Source: Eledone cirrhosa
Lineage: Eukaryota
Direction: 5' to 3'
Assembly (NCBI GenBank): GCA_964016885.1
Contig: OZ024747.1
Coordinates: 89,156,001 to 89,220,000 of the forward strand
DNA: 64,000 nucleotides
The notes below the pieces were generated by a model. The model had not been told where the DNA came from and made no database searches. It saw only the letters and a program-made list of their open reading frames with translations. Positions 62,491-64,000 of the stretch are shown here, piece after piece; the first letter of the stretch is position 1, and every line of letters starts with the position of its first letter. Both the position numbers and the translations under genes were made by a program.

Positions 62491-63159
62491 CTGCTGATAT
62501 CTCTGAAATTGTTTATTCCATGAATTCAAATTTGTCTTGGAACCATTCACACTATATCAAAACATCACGGTAGGAGATATTATTTGACACAAGCTATATT
62601 TTTGTCATGGAATGAGACAATGTATTCAATTGAATTAAATTTTAGTATAATACATATGTTTATTTATTCAAAACTCATGACAAGAAAGTGTAAACACTGC
62701 CCCAGAATGGCCCCAAAAGAAGTTGAACACCAAACTGAGAGCACCAAAATCAAATATTGGCAGGATTTGAACTCAGATCGTAAAGGGCCACAAAACATGT
62801 CCGACACTCCATCGATACTGTCAATCCATTGCAGTCATGTATTTAACCCATTCATTACAATATTTCTATTGAAAGACACTGTCTATGATTTTCAATTAAT
62901 TTTGAAAATAACCAAGAATTTGAAGGAGTTTAGTAATATAACTAACTTATTCAGTAACAACCCTTTCATTAACAGATCTCTAATGTAAGGCATTATCTAT
63001 GATTTTTAGTTTATTTATAAAATAATCAAACATTGGTAGGGTCTAGTAATAAGTAATATAACTAACTTTCTCATTATTAAGTTGGTATTTAGAACATAAC
63101 TTAAGGATACATATAAAAATGAGAAAACTCATCGCTAGAACAGCCATTAGTTTTTGGTT

Positions 63160-63465
63160 TGGTCATGTTACTCCTGATGGGTTGTATTGACATACAGTGT
63201 TTCTTGAGCATTTTAAAGCCTGACAGAGGCCACCCCCTCTCCAGGCTTGAGTATAGGAGATTTCTTCCAGGAAAAGATAGAAAGTGAGAAAGAGATATAG
63301 AAGAAGAATCGACCCCAGTACTAAACTGATACTTTTTTATCGACATCGAAAGGATGAAAGGCAAGGTTGACCTCAGCGGTATTTGAATTCAGAGAGCAGA
63401 GAGTCAACAGAAATACTATAAAGCATTCTATCTGACATTCTAACATCTCTGCTAATTCGCCACCT
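63160..63465 (-). mobile_element. SINE variant with extended 3' segment
   Basis: Homologous to 15175-15497 and 59930-60260. Confidence 0.7.
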
Positions 63466-64000
63466 TAGAACAGATGTTAAAAGAGCTAAGTGCTGTCAAA
63501 GATAGCGATGGGTAAAAATGCCTCAGAGGACAGAGACCAGTGGCCAGTGGCCAACAGAGAAACAATCCACAAGGTAGGTGACAAGTAGATGAAATAATTC
63601 AGTTCCAAGTCATACTATCTATTCGATAGAGCCTCACTATCAATTCAACAAATCACCCAATAGATAGTTTCTTATCTGACACTGGAATTATATTAATTTG
63701 GTTTTAGAATTGGAAATATCTCTCAATGGATTCCCTGAAACCATACACATGAAAGGGTATGTAAAAAAATGGTTGCTGATACATCCATTCTTTCCTTATG
63801 GTTGCTAACAACAGTCACATGGGTGAAGGAAAGAAGAGAAAGTAAAGAACTATTTGAAACTGGGTCAAGAATTGAACTCAACATGAACTTATTACCAATA
63901 TCATGGTAATTGCCACATGATTTTGAATTAAAATGGGTAAAAGTTTTGGCAGCTAAATTTCTAAGGTGATTTGCTATTTAATAGGAAATTGTCCCATAAA

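Overview
AT-rich, repeat-dominated eukaryotic DNA. The SINE, RTE-LINE and microsatellite content resembles an octopod (Octopus-like) genome; this is an inference, not a database result. No intact host coding gene can be identified, and almost all long ORFs are artefacts of microsatellites or tandem arrays, or are retroelement remnants. A CpG-enriched patch at about 25.3-29.2 kb ends in a perfect minus-strand splice donor (28437-28432), suggesting a promoter and first exon of a leftward gene whose intron fills much of the left half. Mobile elements: a decayed Penelope-like element (RT + GIY-YIG, 10.2-12.0 kb), RTE LINE fragments from at least three families (two near-identical young copies at 42.2 and 46.5 kb), two CRE-like REL-endonuclease fragments, many tRNA-derived SINEs, TTAA (piggyBac-type), hAT and mariner MITEs, a 73-bp x ~42 array, and a 47-bp x 71 array built from the Pol III A-box head of a SINE. 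The most unusual signal is a set of about 12 short (130-330 bp) elements at or inside (TA)n tracts. They belong to several sequence-unrelated families yet share a tail motif (TATTGAGTACTC-like), and most are fold-back palindromes carrying hammerhead-ribozyme cores, with the fold-back point at or inside the ribozyme. They look like minimal Penelope-derived hairpin/ribozyme elements.
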